Part shown: piece by piece, positions 16,347 through 25,536 of the stretch
Layout of the letters: the number at the start of each line of letters is the position of its first letter
Position numbering within the stretch: position 1 is the stretch's first letter
IMG/VR virus record: IMGVR_UViG_2898710591_000002
Span: 7,401 to 71,400 of that record
Reading direction: 5' to 3' (one strand)
DNA from: a virus
Taxonomy: Duplodnaviria > Caudoviricetes
DNA length: 64,000 nucleotides
Position numbers and translations under genes: made by a program
Notes under the pieces: generated by a model
The model's input: only the letters and a program-made list of their open reading frames with translations
Databases searched by the model: none
Told to the model about the DNA's origin: nothing

Positions 16347-17240
16347 ATGAACACAGCATACGAAAACGCATCACTCAGAAACCCTAAGCCCGAATTGCTT
16401 GAGCCTACACACACGGCAGGTCGTGGTAACGCGCTAGATAACATCATGAGCCGCATGCCAGCGTTTAATACCGTCCCAGTTACCACAGACTGCCCAAAAC
16501 ATGGCAAGCAGCGCTGGCAGGTCACAGAAGCAGTTGCTAACGCTGGTAACGTGCAGTGCCAAAAGTGCCAATGGGAGCATGACGCGCAGCAAGCCAAGCT
16601 ACAAGAGCTAAAGGGCGACATGCTTGCCAGCCTAGATATACCAAGCGAGCACATCAACGCTGATTTTAGTCAATGGACGGTAGGCGGTGATGATCAGACT
16701 CGCGCACGCATTGCCAAGATCATCAATTTTGCCAAAGGTTACGCAGCAAACTACCGCAAAGGCCATGCCAACATCTTACTCACAGGCAACACAGGCACAG
16801 GCAAGACCAAGCTTGCGTGTTTGATTATCAACGAAATCGTGCGTCAGCGCTACTACGCACAGATGACCGTGGCATTTAAGCGCTCAGGTCAGATTCAGCA
16901 CGAGATAAAAGCCACTTGGGATAAGACCAGCAGTGACAGCGCAGCGAGCTACATTGAGCGTCTGAGCCGTTCTACCGCTTTGATAATTGATGAAGTAGGT
17001 GAAGGTGATACGTCAGCAGTGGATAAATGGGCTGATAAAGACCGCGAGCAGTTATCAGCAATCATCGATAGACGATACCAGCTACGCTTGCCAACGATTA
17101 TCACTACCAACATGACTGATAAAGAATTTTATGACCATATTGGTGATAGAGCGTCAGACCGCTTGAGACAGAACATCGTGCAGATACCCTGCGTGTGGCC
17201 CAGCTATCGCGTGTTGACTGGTCGAGTGAGGACGTTATGA
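16347..17240 (+). CDS. DnaC/IstB-like AAA+ helicase loader
   Basis: CPKH...CQKC Zn motif, GNTGTGKT, LIIDEVG, IIDRRY...PTIITTN and DRL. Confidence 0.88.
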   Translation: MNTAYENASLRNPKPELLEPTHTAGRGNALDNIMSRMPAFNTVPVTTDCPKHGKQRWQVTEAVANAGNVQCQKCQWEHDAQQAKLQELKGDMLASLDIPSEHINADFSQWTVGGDDQTRARIAKIINFAKGYAANYRKGHANILLTGNTGTGKTKLACLIINEIVRQRYYAQMTVAFKRSGQIQHEIKATWDKTSSDSAASYIERLSRSTALIIDEVGEGDTSAVDKWADKDREQLSAIIDRRYQLRLPTIITTNMTDKEFYDHIGDRASDRLRQNIVQIPCVWPSYRVLTGRVRTL

Positions 17241-18085
17241 GCATCAAGCCTTTAATGCGGTACCACGGCGCGAAATGGCGTTTAGCCCCTTGGATTATCA
17301 GCCACTTCCCGCAGCACCATTGTTATGTAGAGCCTTTTGGCGGTAGTGCTGCGGTGCTTATTAGTAAAGAGCCGTCAAGTCGTGAGGTTTATAACGACAA
17401 GAATTTTGAGATTGTAAATCTGTTTAACGTCATTCGTGATGACGAAATGCGAACGCAGCTGCTGCGCTTACTTGTTATGACGCCTTATTCACGCACTGAG
17501 TTTGAATTTGCAAAAGAAGTTGGTCAATACGATACGCCAGTGATGATCGCGCTTAAATTACTGGTACGTGCTCAAATGGGCTTTGGTAGTGCTGGTGCAA
17601 CTCGCGGCAATACTGGTTTTAGATTAGACACAGCTCGAGGCGGCACCTCGTTACAGTCGCTTTGGTCAGACTTACCAGCAAACGTACTTAATGTGACCGA
17701 GCGCTTACGTAATGTCGTTATCGAAAATACCGACGCTTACAACGTGATTAAGCAACATGACCGCAGCAACACGCTGTTTTATCTTGATCCTCCTTATACG
17801 CTAGACACGCGCACAAACAAGGACAGTTACGGAAAGTTTGAAATGCGCGAGTTTGAACATACTCGTTTACTCGAGCTGACTCTAAAATCAAAGGGTATGT
17901 TTGTGATTAGTGGTTACGACAATGAGTTATACAACGACACGCTGGCTGGCTGGACTAAATCATCAAGACAGACAGCTATCAGTAGTCGCAATGGTAGCGG
18001 TAAGCGCACTGAAGTGCTTTGGATATCGCCTAATTGTGAGCAGCAACAGACAGACCTTTTTGGTTTCGAGGAGATAAGTGCGTGA
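17237..18085 (+). CDS. D12-class (Dam-like) DNA adenine methyltransferase
   Basis: RYHGAKW, YVEPFGGSAAV, EVYND and FYLDPPY. Confidence 0.9.
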   Translation: MSIKPLMRYHGAKWRLAPWIISHFPQHHCYVEPFGGSAAVLISKEPSSREVYNDKNFEIVNLFNVIRDDEMRTQLLRLLVMTPYSRTEFEFAKEVGQYDTPVMIALKLLVRAQMGFGSAGATRGNTGFRLDTARGGTSLQSLWSDLPANVLNVTERLRNVVIENTDAYNVIKQHDRSNTLFYLDPPYTLDTRTNKDSYGKFEMREFEHTRLLELTLKSKGMFVISGYDNELYNDTLAGWTKSSRQTAISSRNGSGKRTEVLWISPNCEQQQTDLFGFEEISA

Positions 18086-18351
18086 ATTGGAATGATTTAA
18101 CGGATTTGATTGAGCGTAACGGCGAAACGCAGTTGACGCAAAAGGTTTTTAAGGACGAGCCAGCCAAAATAAAAAGCGCGGTCATGGACTCGCAAGGCAG
18201 AGTGTTTTTATTTGAGTGTAATAAGAGTCACTTAACGCCCAATCATCGGTCGTGGGTATCTGATATCGAGACGGGCTTTTACTTCTACGGCGGTGGTTTT
18301 GATACTACCGATTGGCAGAACAGCGCGATAGATAGGGAGGTGAGCGCGTGA
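18082..18351 (+). CDS. Phage hypothetical protein
   Basis: GTGA overlap and GGAG RBS. Confidence 0.65.
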   Translation: MNWNDLTDLIERNGETQLTQKVFKDEPAKIKSAVMDSQGRVFLFECNKSHLTPNHRSWVSDIETGFYFYGGGFDTTDWQNSAIDREVSA

Positions 18352-18593
18352 GTAAGTTTATAGCTAGGCAATCATTAATTTTAAATGATTACGAAAGTCA
18401 TCGCTCGCTATCGTTTCAGTTTTACGAACGCGGCGTGATTATTAAGAGCAAGCAAGACGAAGTAAATAACAAGGAAAGTGGTGGTAGTCCAAATCATTTC
18501 TCATGCTTGATAGCTTCACACCTAAACAACGAGGAAGCTATCAAGCTGCGTGACCGTCTTTTAGCTCGCTATCCCCTTGAGTCTGACAAATGA
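18348..18593 (+). CDS. Phage hypothetical protein
   Basis: GTGA overlap and GGAGG RBS. Confidence 0.65.
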   Translation: MSKFIARQSLILNDYESHRSLSFQFYERGVIIKSKQDEVNNKESGGSPNHFSCLIASHLNNEEAIKLRDRLLARYPLESDK

Positions 18594-18898
18594 AAAAATC
18601 CCCATCTGACTACACGCCAGGCGAGCGCAAATTTGCTGATCTAGTAGCAGCGCTCAAGGCTGGCAAGCCAAACGCCTACACGTACCGCGTAAATAGCGCG
18701 GTTACTAAGGATGGTGATTTTGTAATAGGTCTGACGTACCACAGCGGGCGTCAGATTTACTCAGCAACCGCGATTGAGATAGACGGCGTGAGAGACAACG
18801 GCAAATTGTGTGAATGGGATGCAGAGGGTGGGGCGCTAGAATGCGATTTAAGCGCACTTAACATTGATTCGGTACATACGTCGGTCAGGACGATTTAA
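18590..18898 (+). CDS. Phage hypothetical protein
   Basis: ATGA overlap. Confidence 0.65.
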   Translation: MKKSPSDYTPGERKFADLVAALKAGKPNAYTYRVNSAVTKDGDFVIGLTYHSGRQIYSATAIEIDGVRDNGKLCEWDAEGGALECDLSALNIDSVHTSVRTI

Positions 18899-18921
18899 AA
18901 CAAGCGTAGGGGTGAAATTGA

Positions 18922-19446
18922 ATGATTTTGATAGGGATAGACACAGGGGTGAGCACTGGTTTTGCGTGGAGTATTAACAGTAAGTTGCAAAGCGTCGATA
19001 CCGAGTCGATTTTGAGCGCTCAAGATAGAGTGTTAAACATCATTAATTCTACTGATAGCGCTGGCATGGACGTTATTGTCTGTATCGAGGACGTGAGACT
19101 GCGTAAGTGGGTGCCAAAAGGCGTGGGCAAGGAGCGCATGCAGGGTGTTGGTTCGGTTAAGCGTGATTGCTCAATATGGCAAGAGTTTTGTGAGCGACAC
19201 GGCATACGGCATATCTTTGTCGCACCAAAAGCAATACAGACTAAGCTTAGCGAAAAAGATTTTCACATGATTACTAAGTGGCCATACAAGACGTCTGAGC
19301 ACGCACGAGATGCAGCGATGATGATCGATAAAGTCTATCGGCTATTAAAGCGCAAGCATATCAACATGCCAGCCAAGTTTGAGCCAAAAATTAAGAAACC
19401 GCGCAAGCCAGCGCTATACAAAGTTAAAAAGGAGAAGCTGTTGTGA
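18922..19446 (+). CDS. RuvC-like Holliday junction resolvase
   Basis: ILIGIDTG...TGFA, VCIED and HARDAA acidic motifs; nin-region position. Confidence 0.7.
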   Translation: MILIGIDTGVSTGFAWSINSKLQSVDTESILSAQDRVLNIINSTDSAGMDVIVCIEDVRLRKWVPKGVGKERMQGVGSVKRDCSIWQEFCERHGIRHIFVAPKAIQTKLSEKDFHMITKWPYKTSEHARDAAMMIDKVYRLLKRKHINMPAKFEPKIKKPRKPALYKVKKEKLL

Positions 19447-19550
19447 TTAATCTAATTGTTTTGGCGTCTCTTTTGTTTGCAGTGGTTTTGATGGTATTGG
19501 CCATCGTGTTTTTAGCGGTCGTGTGGTCGGCAAACGGTGGTGATCACTAG
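19443..19550 (+). CDS. 35-aa single-pass membrane peptide
   Basis: GTG overlapping the previous stop, AGGAG RBS. Translation MINLIVLASLLFAVVLMVLAIVFLAVVWSANGGDH. Not in the ORF track. Confidence 0.6.
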   Translation: MINLIVLASLLFAVVLMVLAIVFLAVVWSANGGDH

Positions 19551-19558
19551 CAGAGAAT

Positions 19559-19597
19559 AAAAAAAACCGCCCAGAGCTGGCAGGCAAGGGCGGTTTG
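19559..19597 (-). terminator. Terminator facing leftward (antisense to the early-right operon)
   Basis: A-run followed by ccgccc...gggcgg hairpin; the T-run is on the minus strand. Confidence 0.6.
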
Positions 19598-19659
19598 GCT
19601 GGCAAGTAACACGGCAATGTTATTCGCAAAATCATTATACATTATTTTGGGGATAGCTG

Positions 19660-20106
19660 ATGAGTGATACGATTGATAAAACAGTTGATTTGCTAGAGGT
19701 GCAAGGCTGGCTGACTGGGTGGGGAGACTTTTGTAATCGTGAGACAGTAGGTGGTCATCTGGGCTATCAATCGCCGTGTGCGATCATCATGCGCGATAAC
19801 GTAGAGCAGCAGAGCGCAAGCGTTCGCCCGGTGTTGTGGAATATGGACGATCAGGCGTATTACACACTGATAGACCGCGAATTGGCTGGCATGAGACAGT
19901 CAGGTGACAAAGAACTTATGATGTGGGCCAGTCTGATACGACGCTATTACTTGTACGGCATGTCTTATACTCGCTTGAGCAAGTCGGTCGTGAGTGAGTA
20001 TGAGCATGGCGAGGGCACGACTAAGCGCAGTCATGTGCGAAAGGTGCAGGAGCATTTAGCTAATGCTGAGAAGCATATTTATGAGGCGATATTGGAGTTG
20101 AGCTGA
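19660..20106 (+). CDS. Q-like late antiterminator
   Basis: WLTGWG N-terminal motif and LIRRYYLYGMSY C-terminal HTH-like region; precedes a promoter/terminator and the late genes. Confidence 0.6.
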   Translation: MSDTIDKTVDLLEVQGWLTGWGDFCNRETVGGHLGYQSPCAIIMRDNVEQQSASVRPVLWNMDDQAYYTLIDRELAGMRQSGDKELMMWASLIRRYYLYGMSYTRLSKSVVSEYEHGEGTTKRSHVRKVQEHLANAEKHIYEAILELS

Positions 20107-20489
20107 TGGGTAGGCAAAGACCAGTAGTGAGAAAGCCGTTTATGATCATTGGTGGTCAGAATGATAGTCGAGACGGTGAAATAATCTATCAGGATTGCTT
20201 CTATGGTGAGCTAAGACCGATGACGCGCAGTGTGTTCTTGCCTGATCCTGTCACTGAGCTTGATAAAGTGATGGACCTAGGTTTTTTATTGAGGTACGGC
20301 ACGCCAGAAATAGAACAAAGAGAGTCGGTATATTATGAGTATGAAGCTGATTGTGTTGCTCGATATGGTCCGGGCGTCTCAAAGTATTGGTTTTATCGCT
20401 TAGTTGGTGACTTGACTTACAAAGAGCGCTATACGGCAGACCATATATGGCAGCGATTGCATGAATTTTATAAAAGTCTTGATGATTAA
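20106..20489 (+). CDS. Phage hypothetical protein
   Basis: Start overlaps the previous stop; GGAG RBS. Confidence 0.6.
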   Translation: MGRQRPVVRKPFMIIGGQNDSRDGEIIYQDCFYGELRPMTRSVFLPDPVTELDKVMDLGFLLRYGTPEIEQRESVYYEYEADCVARYGPGVSKYWFYRLVGDLTYKERYTADHIWQRLHEFYKSLDD

Positions 20490-20589
20490 GCCTGCTTAGC
20501 CCACACGCCAGCCAGCAATTCAACCCCATGCAAACAAACTTCAAGTGTTTTATTGTTAATTTTCATCACAGCGTTAAAAAAACCTTGAT

Positions 20590-20732
20590 TATTGGCACGA
20601 CTTGAGGTAAGTTTGTGATATCGTGAACGGGTAGGTCGATGGATAAGAGGTTGTGTGTAGCAACCTGCCAGACTTACCGCACTAAACATATTCTAAAAAG
20701 CTCATACCTTAATTGGTGTGGGCTTTTTTTGT
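20590..20732 (+). promoter_or_regulatory. Putative late promoter, structured leader and terminator (pR'/tR'-like)
   Basis: Extended -10-like TGATATCGT (~20616-20624), hairpin ggtaggtc...aggttg/caacct...gacttacc, then terminator aagctcatacc-ttaatt-ggtgtgggc-T7 before the late genes. Confidence 0.5.
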
Positions 20733-20742
20733 GGGTGATTTT

Positions 20743-21033
20743 ATGGCTATTGAACAAGTGTCGTTGACTGTTAGTGATAGCTGGACAAAGTTATCAGTCG
20801 GTGATTGTGTGATCCAGACGCCTAGCAATCAACAAAAGAGTATTGAGTTTGCTATTAGCGACACTCAGCCGGGCGCTGGCGTGAAAGCTTTTGCTGCTAA
20901 TTTTGGCGAGCCGACAACCATTGGCGCGTTGGGCAGTAGTGTCTGGGTGCGTAGAAAGGCTGTGAAGCAGACGCCGGGTATTACAGTGAGCGCTTCTAAT
21001 GCTGATATCGTCGTTGCTAGAGCACCGTTTTAA
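20743..21033 (+). CDS. Small beta-rich virion accessory protein
   Basis: First late ORF; start at MAIEQV. Confidence 0.55.
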   Translation: MAIEQVSLTVSDSWTKLSVGDCVIQTPSNQQKSIEFAISDTQPGAGVKAFAANFGEPTTIGALGSSVWVRRKAVKQTPGITVSASNADIVVARAPF

Positions 21034-21824
21034 TGAATCGCGTCGGTTTTGGACAAAGCAGCTTTGCGCTTAAAGCTCTTGGCTTTACAAGTAAAGTAAA
21101 CCCCGATGACGCAATACTCGCCCTGTTTACAGGCGGTAAACAGGGCGTATGGTACGACCCATCAGACAAGTCAACACTGTTTCAAGACGTAGCAGGGACG
21201 GTGCCAGTCACGGCTGACGGTGACCCTGTGGCATTGATGTTAGATAAATCAGGCAATAACAACCACGCAACGCAGACTGTGAGTACGTCAAGACCTGTTT
21301 ATATGACAGATGGTGAGCTTCACTGGTTAGAGTTTGATGGGGTTGATGACAGTCTATCAATACCAGATTATGATATTCCTGATAAAGATAATTATATACT
21401 TGCGTTGACTATACGAAGTGTAAGCAGCTCTATTGGAGCACATGAAAGGATTTATTACTATAACAACTCAAATGTAGGTAACATACAAGTAAACATCAAC
21501 AACTCCCATAAGTTAAGCTTCACCCATGGTGATAGTATCTACGTACCTAACGCCTCGACAAGGGACGCGGTCAAAGATAAAGATTTAGTAGTGGTAACTA
21601 CCGCAACAAAATTATTTGTTAATGGTGAACAGGCGGTAGCTCCGGACATGGGTGCACCAACACCAGTAGGCGAGGGACACTTTTTAGCAACTAGGGCGGA
21701 TAAAGAGGTTTACTATAAAGGACGTATCTACTCGTTAATTGCATCAACACCTAATACTGTAGATGACAGAACTACGGTTGATATAACGAATTACTTAATG
21801 ATTAATGCAGGAATAGTAACATGA
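21033..21824 (+). CDS. Putative virion spike/fibre protein (LamG/ConA-like beta domain)
   Basis: GVWYDPSD...DKSGNNNHATQ...LEFDGVDD pattern typical of phage LamG-like accessory proteins. Confidence 0.55.
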   Translation: MNRVGFGQSSFALKALGFTSKVNPDDAILALFTGGKQGVWYDPSDKSTLFQDVAGTVPVTADGDPVALMLDKSGNNNHATQTVSTSRPVYMTDGELHWLEFDGVDDSLSIPDYDIPDKDNYILALTIRSVSSSIGAHERIYYYNNSNVGNIQVNINNSHKLSFTHGDSIYVPNASTRDAVKDKDLVVVTTATKLFVNGEQAVAPDMGAPTPVGEGHFLATRADKEVYYKGRIYSLIASTPNTVDDRTTVDITNYLMINAGIVT

Positions 21825-22219
21825 GTGACTACAAGCACAGAATGAGCCTAGCCGTACCGCAAGCACTCATGCCACAAGCCAATCAATTAGCGTTAATCGT
21901 AGGTGTGTCTGAGCACGATGATAAAACGTTTACATCTGCTAACTGGCAGGACAAAGACGGAAATCTGTACGCTGTCTGCTCAACAGTAATTAAGCCTGTT
22001 GTGTTGTCACTTGCTGATGTATCACTTGCAGATAGCCCTCTACAAACTAAAGGTGCTGATTTGTCTTTAGCACAGCAAGCACTAGATAAAGTTGTGAGGT
22101 ACAAACAGGGCGATAAGGTAAGTTCAGATACGATTATGTGTGCTATTGATTTTGAGCCGTTGCAAGTGTTTAGCGATATGGGGTTAATGACGACCAACAA
22201 CGAGCTAGTCGAAATATAA
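21821..22219 (+). CDS. Phage hypothetical protein (possible chaperone of the preceding gene)
   Basis: ATGA overlap. Confidence 0.6.
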   Translation: MSDYKHRMSLAVPQALMPQANQLALIVGVSEHDDKTFTSANWQDKDGNLYAVCSTVIKPVVLSLADVSLADSPLQTKGADLSLAQQALDKVVRYKQGDKVSSDTIMCAIDFEPLQVFSDMGLMTTNNELVEI

Positions 22220-22265
22220 ACAACAAACAACCATGTTTTTAGGTGGTTTTTTACGGGTGATTTTT

Positions 22266-23084
22266 ATGGCTATTCAGCAAGTTGATTTAAAAGTACCTAA
22301 CGGCGATACGCCGCGCTCAGCCTTCACAAAGGTTAATGCTAACTTTAGCGACCGAAGCCATGCGGCGAGTCGGTTAGTTGGTATAGACAGCATTGGAAGT
22401 TTGCCGCCTGTTGAAATGTTTTCAGAAGCTTTTTATTCACCTTTGAGCGTTACAGGTGTCATGATTGACTCGGAGTACGACGCAAACAATTTTGGCTACG
22501 GTCGGCATTACACAAGCGGCAGCACGATAAATGGTGTCGGCTGGGGGTTTATAACAACAGAAGAAACAGCAGGTAACGGAAGGTATCAGACGTATAGGGG
22601 TTCTATAAAGTTAGAATTGAAAGTCCGACTCAGACCAAACAATTCAGATGTCTGGACTCCGTGGGCAACAATTTACCACAGTGAAAACACAACAAAAGAA
22701 GCAGCTACAGGCTACCTAGTCGCATCAAGCCCTGTTTTAAAAGTGCAACATGATAACTTTGAGAAAGTACATGAAGCCGAGCAATTAGACATTGACGTGC
22801 AGCGCGTAGCGACAGGTGTTTATGAAATCACAGGAACGACAGGACTGCGTGATAATGACGGTTGGTATCTCAAGCCACCAAAAGACATTAACGGAAACGT
22901 GCTGTGCATCTGTGAAGCGACACAAGACGGCGATGTTATCACGCTCAAGACTTACAAGAAAAAGTTTGATTTTGAAACCGTGTCTATTGTCGCAGATTAT
23001 GAGCAACCCACAGATATTCCCGAGGGTGCTGAGGTAATGCTACGTTTTAATGATTTGCCGATTGATGACGCGCCAGCCCTATAA
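22266..23084 (+). CDS. Tail fibre protein
   Basis: NGDTPRSAFTKVNANF N-terminus, WTPWATIYHSENTT...ASSPV junction, and C-terminal PTDIP...LRF domain typical of phage fibres. Confidence 0.7.
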   Translation: MAIQQVDLKVPNGDTPRSAFTKVNANFSDRSHAASRLVGIDSIGSLPPVEMFSEAFYSPLSVTGVMIDSEYDANNFGYGRHYTSGSTINGVGWGFITTEETAGNGRYQTYRGSIKLELKVRLRPNNSDVWTPWATIYHSENTTKEAATGYLVASSPVLKVQHDNFEKVHEAEQLDIDVQRVATGVYEITGTTGLRDNDGWYLKPPKDINGNVLCICEATQDGDVITLKTYKKKFDFETVSIVADYEQPTDIPEGAEVMLRFNDLPIDDAPAL

Positions 23085-23168
23085 CCTTACAACCAACCCT
23101 TTTGACTCATAAGTATCTGTTTGCTGTGAGTCTTTTTTACATGCGAGGTAAGCTAGAGAGGTATAAGC

Positions 23169-23837
23169 ATGGCAGATAATATTTGCGGTGCTAAGACTCG
23201 CTCAGGCAAATCTTGCCAAAACAAGCCGATTGCTGGCAAGAAGCGCTGCCGTTTACATGGTGGATTATCGCCAGGCGCGCCCAAAGGTAACAAAAATCGT
23301 CAGACTCACGGTATTTATAGCCGTATCTTTGATGACGCGCAGATAGATGATGCGATTGCGATGCAGGGCAATGTGAGTCGTGAGCTGGCAATCGCTCGCA
23401 TACAGCTTGCTAATTTGCTTGCTTATCGTAAGACGCAAGAGGACACGCCAGCGCTTGCAGAGATCAAAGACGAAACGCTGGCTGACGAAGAAGATGAAGA
23501 GACGGTCAAAAAGGCGCGGGCAAGAGACGCTGCGCGCTGCGGTGAGTATTATGATCCGAACGAAGATGACTACGGCGGGCAAGAGTCAGAGCCGTTAAAG
23601 CGTACCCGCGTTTATAAGACACGCGATTGGGCGAGCGAAGAAGCAAGGCTGATTAATCTAATCGCTAAACTTGAGTATCAGATACCTAAGCAAGCAGCGG
23701 TCATGTTGGAGCTTGAAACACGGAAGAAGGAGCTTGAGAGAAATCCGGTAGGCGGCGCTAAGACGAAAGACTTAGAGAGCATGACAGACGAGGAGTTAGA
23801 TGAGTATGCTCTTGGATTGCTCAGCGGAAAGCCTTAA
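23169..23837 (+). CDS. terS: Terminase small subunit (HGGxSTG-type N-terminus)
   Basis: CGAKTRSG..C....RCRLHGGLSPGAPKGNKN; directly upstream of terL. Confidence 0.7.
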   Translation: MADNICGAKTRSGKSCQNKPIAGKKRCRLHGGLSPGAPKGNKNRQTHGIYSRIFDDAQIDDAIAMQGNVSRELAIARIQLANLLAYRKTQEDTPALAEIKDETLADEEDEETVKKARARDAARCGEYYDPNEDDYGGQESEPLKRTRVYKTRDWASEEARLINLIAKLEYQIPKQAAVMLELETRKKELERNPVGGAKTKDLESMTDEELDEYALGLLSGKP

Positions 23838-25302
23838 AGCCTTACTGCCAGGTCTTAATGCTGCTAATAAACGGGCGCTTATCGCGGTCATCAAAGAGCG
23901 TGAGAAGCGTAAGAACTACAAGCTGTATAGCTTCTTCCCTAACGATGGGCCATTTGCCCGTCATGGCTATACCAAGCACCTATCGTTCTTTAAAGACGGT
24001 GCGTTTTACGGTTCACGGCTATTTATGGCGGGCAACCGCGTCGGCAAAACGATTGCTGGCACGTATGAGGACACCTTGCACGCCACCGGTCTTTATCCGG
24101 ACTGGTGGAAGGGTAAGCGCTTTGATCATCCAACCAAAGGCTGGATTGCTGGCAAGACCAACGAGACAACGCGCGATATTTTGCAGGTTGAGTTGTTTGG
24201 TAATGTTATCTACAAAGACGGCGGAAAGAAAAAGACTATAGACGGCACAGGCATTATTCCAATCCACCTGATTGATGAAAAGTCTATCAGGTGGAAGTCT
24301 GGCGTCGCTGACTTGATTGATACGGTCAAGGTCAAACATGCCAGCGGCGGGTGGTCGTACATTGGCCTAAAGTCGTATCAACAAGGCCGAGGAAGCTTTG
24401 AAGGTACGGCAATGCACTACATCCATTTGGATGAGGAGCCGCCCGAAGAAGTTTATACCGAGTGTCTGACACGTACAGCGACAACACGCGGTCTGATTTA
24501 CATCACGTTTACGCCACTGATGGGCGTGACACCGATGGTCAAGAACTTCATCGAGAAAGCCGATGAGGGTATTAACAGCGTTACTCGTGCGACGTGGGAC
24601 GATGCGCCTCACTTAACCGAAGACGATAAGGCTAATTACCTAGCACTATTCCCCAAGCACGAGCATAAAGCCCGTATGCAGGGTATTCCATACGCAGGTA
24701 GCGGTCTTATCTACCCAATCGATGAAGATGAAATTATCATCGAGGCGTTTGACGTGCCAGCCCACTGGCCGCGCATTAAAGGCTTGGACTTTGGTTGGGA
24801 CCACCCAACATCATGTGTCGAGCTGGCATGGGACAGAGATAATGACATTATCTACGTCATTAACGAATACTCAGCAAGAGAGCGTACACCGCAAGAGCAC
24901 GCGCCGCATATCAATGATAGCGGGTCGTGGCAGCCGGTCGCATGGCCTCACGATGGCTATCAGCACGACAAGGGTAGTGGTAAGACGTTAGCAGAGCAGT
25001 ACGAGGCTCATGGCGTTAATATGCTTGATGAGCGTGCGACGCATGAGGACGGCAGTAATGGCGTTGAGGCTGGACTCATGGAGATATTGACGCGCATGGA
25101 GCAAGGCCGCTTTATGGTCTTTGATCACTGTACCGAGTGGCAGGACGAGAGACGCACGTATCACCGCGACAAGGGCAAGATTGTTAAGCTGTACGATGAC
25201 TTGATGGACGCCACGCGCTATGCGGTGATGATGCTTAGATATGCTCAGGTTAAGCCTAGAGCTGCTGGCAAGAAGGCCAATAATAATAGAACGGTTATAT
25301 AA
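23800..25302 (+). CDS. terL: Terminase large subunit (P22-like)
   Basis: MAGNRVGKT Walker A, HLDEEP Walker B, TFTP, GLDFGWDHP nuclease and DDLMDATRY. Confidence 0.93.
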   Translation: MSMLLDCSAESLKALLPGLNAANKRALIAVIKEREKRKNYKLYSFFPNDGPFARHGYTKHLSFFKDGAFYGSRLFMAGNRVGKTIAGTYEDTLHATGLYPDWWKGKRFDHPTKGWIAGKTNETTRDILQVELFGNVIYKDGGKKKTIDGTGIIPIHLIDEKSIRWKSGVADLIDTVKVKHASGGWSYIGLKSYQQGRGSFEGTAMHYIHLDEEPPEEVYTECLTRTATTRGLIYITFTPLMGVTPMVKNFIEKADEGINSVTRATWDDAPHLTEDDKANYLALFPKHEHKARMQGIPYAGSGLIYPIDEDEIIIEAFDVPAHWPRIKGLDFGWDHPTSCVELAWDRDNDIIYVINEYSARERTPQEHAPHINDSGSWQPVAWPHDGYQHDKGSGKTLAEQYEAHGVNMLDERATHEDGSNGVEAGLMEILTRMEQGRFMVFDHCTEWQDERRTYHRDKGKIVKLYDDLMDATRYAVMMLRYAQVKPRAAGKKANNNRTVI

Positions 25303-25311
25303 CCAAACACC

Positions 25312-25342
25312 AAAAGCCACCTCATCGAAGGTGGCTTTTTTG
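25312..25342 (+). terminator. Intrinsic terminator
   Basis: aaaagccacct-catcga-aggtggc-T6. Confidence 0.65.
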
Positions 25343-25536
25343 TGGGAAAAATAAGCATGACGCATTACCAGATACCCAATAGCGTACTGTTTGGCAGAGC
25401 GAAGGCTGGCAAGCACAGCGGAGTGAGTAAAGAGCTGCAAGCCTACAGCTTAGAGACGCTACAGAAGCGTGCGAACAATGGTAATGCGGAAGCTAAGCGG
25501 CTCATTAAGCAATTAAAGGACAAGCAATGTCACTAA
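25342..25536 (+). CDS. Small phage hypothetical protein
   Basis: Fills the terL-portal interval; start uncertain. Confidence 0.5.
   Translation: MGKISMTHYQIPNSVLFGRAKAGKHSGVSKELQAYSLETLQKRANNGNAEAKRLIKQLKDKQCH

Noticed and set aside
19447-19635. 62-aa minus-strand ORF
   Set aside because: It crosses a terminator and is antisense to a better-supported plus-strand peptide with an RBS.
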